The notes beneath the pieces are model-generated. The model was not told the origin of the DNA. It saw only the letters and a list, made by a program, of their open reading frames with translations, and ran no database searches. 28,129 bases of DNA. Source: Bacteroidota bacterium (GTDB lineage Bacteria; Bacteroidota; Bacteroidia; Bacteroidales; JBDKHP01). The DNA lies in NCBI GenBank assembly GCA_039797645.1, contig JBDKHP010000029.1, positions 1 to 28,129 of the forward strand, read 5' to 3'. Below, piece after piece: positions 25,184-28,129 of the stretch (position 1 is its first letter; each line of letters opens with the position of its first letter). Made by a program: the position numbers and the translations under genes.

Positions 25184-26065
25184 ATGAAAAAGATTTTGAC
25201 TTCATTGGCGTTTGTGCTTGTGGTGTTTGCGGTGTATCGCTATGCAAGTACTGAAAATAAGATAGATGCAAGCTCTCAGAACGACTCCATCGACTTGGTT
25301 GCGCCCGTTTCGGCTGGCGAACGTGAGGCGCTCGATGGCCAAGAAACAGCGGTGTCGCACACAGGCTTGGGTATTCACTCTGTGTTCGATGGCTACCCGA
25401 CGGGTGCTCCTGCTGAGGATCAGGTGGTGGTACATACAGGCTATAGTTTGGCATACAACGAAACCCACGAACAGCCCGACTGGGTGTGTTATATTCTCAC
25501 CAAGGCCGAGATAAAAAGCACCACAAAGACCAAACGTACCGACAATTTCCGACCCGACGAGGCTGTATCGAGCTTCTCGGCAACACCGCAAGATTACAGC
25601 AAATCGGGCTACGACCGTGGCCATTTGGCTCCAGCGGCTGATATGAGCTGGAGCGAACAGACCATGTCGGAGTCGTTCTTTATGAGCAACATGAGCCCGC
25701 AGTCACCAGCCTTTAATCGGGGTATTTGGAAGGAATTGGAAGAGAAAGTACGCGACTGGGCAGTAGCAAACGATAGCCTATTTGTGGTAACAGGCCCCGT
25801 GTTTCTCGACAACAAAGGCCAAATTGGTAAAGAGAAAGTAACCATACCCGGGCATTATTACAAGGTGATACTCGATATGTCTGGCCCTACCTACAAAGCC
25901 ATTGCATTCTACCTCCCCAACGAAGGCAGCGACAAACCAATCTACAGTTTTGCCATTACTGTCGATGCACTTGAGAAAATCACAGGGATCAATTTCTTTG
26001 GCAAATTGCCCGCCGCAACCCTCGAACCCTTAGAAAGTACTATGGATGTGAAACTGTGGCCTTAA
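25184..26065 (+). CDS. DNA/RNA non-specific endonuclease (NucA/EndA, His-Me finger), probably exported
   Basis: N-terminal signal/anchor 'MKKILTSLAFVLVVFAVY'; 'GYSLAYNETHEQPDWVCY'; catalytic 'YDRGHLAPAAD'; 'NMSPQSPAFNRGIWKELE'; 'VVTGPVF'; 'IPGHYYKV'. Confidence 0.93.
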   Translation: MKKILTSLAFVLVVFAVYRYASTENKIDASSQNDSIDLVAPVSAGEREALDGQETAVSHTGLGIHSVFDGYPTGAPAEDQVVVHTGYSLAYNETHEQPDWVCYILTKAEIKSTTKTKRTDNFRPDEAVSSFSATPQDYSKSGYDRGHLAPAADMSWSEQTMSESFFMSNMSPQSPAFNRGIWKELEEKVRDWAVANDSLFVVTGPVFLDNKGQIGKEKVTIPGHYYKVILDMSGPTYKAIAFYLPNEGSDKPIYSFAITVDALEKITGINFFGKLPAATLEPLESTMDVKLWP

Positions 26066-26112
26066 TTGCCCACAACAACCGTTGCCTTTCTGTAAACCCA
26101 AAAGCTTGAGAA

Positions 26113-28129
26113 ATGAACTATCAGGATGCTGTTGCCTATTTCAGAGCGTGTTATCTGGCCGACAACAAGGAACTTACGATCAGAGATTTATTTGCCAAAT
26201 CGGTGGAACTATTGTGGCAGATAGAGGGCGACGATGAGGTGCTGGCTGGGAATATGGTGTTGTACCCGATACCCGATGCCTATGCTACCGATGTAGCCAA
26301 GGTGCTAAAGGTTTATGAGAAGGAAAAAGAGTTGCTGTATTTTTCGTTCCTCTTGCTGGGACACGACCCACAGGCGCAACTGAAATTGGCTGCCCCTGTA
26401 TTCTTGTTTACCGCAAATCTTGGACAAGATGCCCAGGGTAGTTCGGTATGTATTGAGCGCGATAACCCCAAACTCAATGTGGGGGTTTTGCGCCTCATTG
26501 CCGAACAAACCGACGCCCAAACAGATTTGAGTTCGGTTGTTTTCGAGGAGTTGGCTGGGCTGGCAGATTACGGATTGGTCGATGGTGTTTTTGCGCGTAA
26601 CTTCCCGCATACCGACATCGCCCCTGTTTTGGAATACCCAAAACTCCATGGTGCAGAACAGGTGGCCTCTTTACTAAAAGAAGTGTTTCAGTGTAAAGAA
26701 TTGGTGCTAAAATTAGTGCCTGCCGCTGGTTTTTTCGTGCACAATAAATCTGGCGATACGCTTGGCGTGCTCAACGAATTGGCCGATTTGAGCGCGGCTA
26801 CAGATTTCTCCGATCCGTTACGTGCACTTTTTGGTACAGACTTGCCACTGCCCAAGCCCTTACCTTTGGGCGATGTGCCTGCAATTCTGAGTGCCGCGCA
26901 ACATCGCATTCTGGAATCGGCGGCTCGTTTTCCACTCAGCTTGGTGGTAGGCCCTCCCGGAACTGGAAAGTCTTACACCGTAGCTGCTTTGGCCATTGAG
27001 CATCTCACCAAAGGGCAGACGGTCTTGGTTGTGTCGCGCACCGACAAAGCCGTCGATGTAATTGCCCACAAGATAAAGCACGAGTTTCTGTTGCCCAACG
27101 CGGTGGTGCGGGCCGGACGTAGCCAGTATTTGCGCGATCTGAAAGACTCTATTCAGAGCTTACTCTCGGGGCAAAGCCTTGCAGACTGCCCCAGTAAGAA
27201 ACAAATTTCGGCCATAGCACACGATGTAAACCGGCTCAAAACCTGCATTCGTAAAGCCGAAGTTTCGTTTTTGAAAAGAGCTGCCCGCGAGAAACAATGG
27301 GGGCGTTTTTTGGCAAGTTGCCCAAATGGACAAGCCGCCAGTATCTGGACGCGTTTTCGTAAATCGTATATTCGCAACCGCGTACAAAACCGACAATATT
27401 TGTGGGCTTTAAGCGGACAACTAGAAACAGACTTCGATACCTTGGTGTCGAAAATTCGCAGTTTGGTTGCTGCCAAACATCTCGCACGTACACACCAAAT
27501 GCTCAAAAACCACCGTAAGCAATTGGGGAATTTATACAAAGCTTTGGGCGCACGCACGGGTACAAAAAAAGAGGAATACTTTGGAATGATAGATTTCGAG
27601 GTATTGTTGGGCACATTCCCTATTTGGCTACTCAACATGAAGGATATTTACAAAGCACTACCACTCCAAAAAGACCTCTTCGATTTGGCCATTATCGACG
27701 AAGCCACCCAGTGCGACATTGCGGCTTGTTTGCCAATTTTCCAACGTGCCAAACGTGTTGTCGTTACCGGAGACCCCAAGCAACTACGCCACATTTCATT
27801 CTTAGCTGGTGCTGTGCAAGGCCATCTCATGGCACGTTACAATTTAAAAGCCAGCGGTAAGGACTCCGATTTCTTCGACTACCGAAACCAGAGTATTCTC
27901 GACGTGGTGGCCGATAGGCTCGTGTCGCAACAGCAAGTGTCGTTCCTAAACGAACATTTTCGCAGCGTACCTTCCATTATACGTTTCAGCAACGAGGCGT
28001 TCTACAACAACTCCTTGCATATTATGACCCAAAAACCAGCCCACAAAGCCCTCAACACAGGCATTGCTCTTCGCCCTTGCCAAGGCACACGCCACAAAGA
28101 TGGCTACAATACAACCGAGGCTCAGAATC
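26113..28129 (+). CDS. Superfamily 1 (Upf1/DNA2-like, AAA_11/AAA_12) helicase, 3'-truncated by the window; absent from the ORF track
   Basis: Translated by hand from ATG 26113 (MNYQDAVAYFRACYLADNK) with no stop to the window end. Walker A 'VVGPPGTGKS' (GPPGTGKS at 26950-26973), 'VSRTDKAVD', Walker B 'IIDEATQ' (DE at 27697), 'GDPKQL', 'LNEHFRSVPSIIRFSNEAFY'. Confidence 0.9.
   Translation, partial: MNYQDAVAYFRACYLADNKELTIRDLFAKSVELLWQIEGDDEVLAGNMVLYPIPDAYATDVAKVLKVYEKEKELLYFSFLLLGHDPQAQLKLAAPVFLFTANLGQDAQGSSVCIERDNPKLNVGVLRLIAEQTDAQTDLSSVVFEELAGLADYGLVDGVFARNFPHTDIAPVLEYPKLHGAEQVASLLKEVFQCKELVLKLVPAAGFFVHNKSGDTLGVLNELADLSAATDFSDPLRALFGTDLPLPKPLPLGDVPAILSAAQHRILESAARFPLSLVVGPPGTGKSYTVAALAIEHLTKGQTVLVVSRTDKAVDVIAHKIKHEFLLPNAVVRAGRSQYLRDLKDSIQSLLSGQSLADCPSKKQISAIAHDVNRLKTCIRKAEVSFLKRAAREKQWGRFLASCPNGQAASIWTRFRKSYIRNRVQNRQYLWALSGQLETDFDTLVSKIRSLVAAKHLARTHQMLKNHRKQLGNLYKALGARTGTKKEEYFGMIDFEVLLGTFPIWLLNMKDIYKALPLQKDLFDLAIIDEATQCDIAACLPIFQRAKRVVVTGDPKQLRHISFLAGAVQGHLMARYNLKASGKDSDFFDYRNQSILDVVADRLVSQQQVSFLNEHFRSVPSIIRFSNEAFYNNSLHIMTQKPAHKALNTGIALRPCQGTRHKDGYNTTEAQN

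Noticed and set aside
26066-26112. Another repeat copy at the composition switch between the nuclease and helicase genes
   Set aside because: The 47-bp gap contains none of the invariant blocks; recorded as a counter-example to the repeat/skew association.

Overview
Bacteroidota chromosomal window (TAnnTTTG-type promoters, hybrid two-component regulator, A-rich start contexts). Genes in order: 5'-truncated hybrid two-component sensor/AraC regulator, recQ, pyrH, rsgA, CBS-pair protein, pdxJ, an orphan methyl-accepting chemotaxis protein, kbl, cysK, cysE, SpmA/B-type membrane protein, 7TM-DISM/PP2C phosphatase, a PurQ paralogue lacking its catalytic Cys and His, DUF4395, HIT protein, metG, a NucA-type endonuclease, and a 3'-truncated SF1 helicase missed by the ORF track. 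No transposase, CRISPR array, tRNA or rRNA was recognised. The most unusual feature is non-coding: a dispersed, mosaic ~255-bp repeat family with four full copies (9544-9805, 12134-12392, 20671-20925, 21020-21272) and two fragments (~3682-3718, ~7746-7880). Full copies occur as inward-facing inverted pairs, one around the MCP gene and one around a 94-bp spacer, with a GTAG+hairpin (REP-like) inner end. The repeat loci coincide with switches of + strand synonymous-site composition from A/C-rich to G/T-rich that are independent of gene orientation. All alignments and counts were done by hand.
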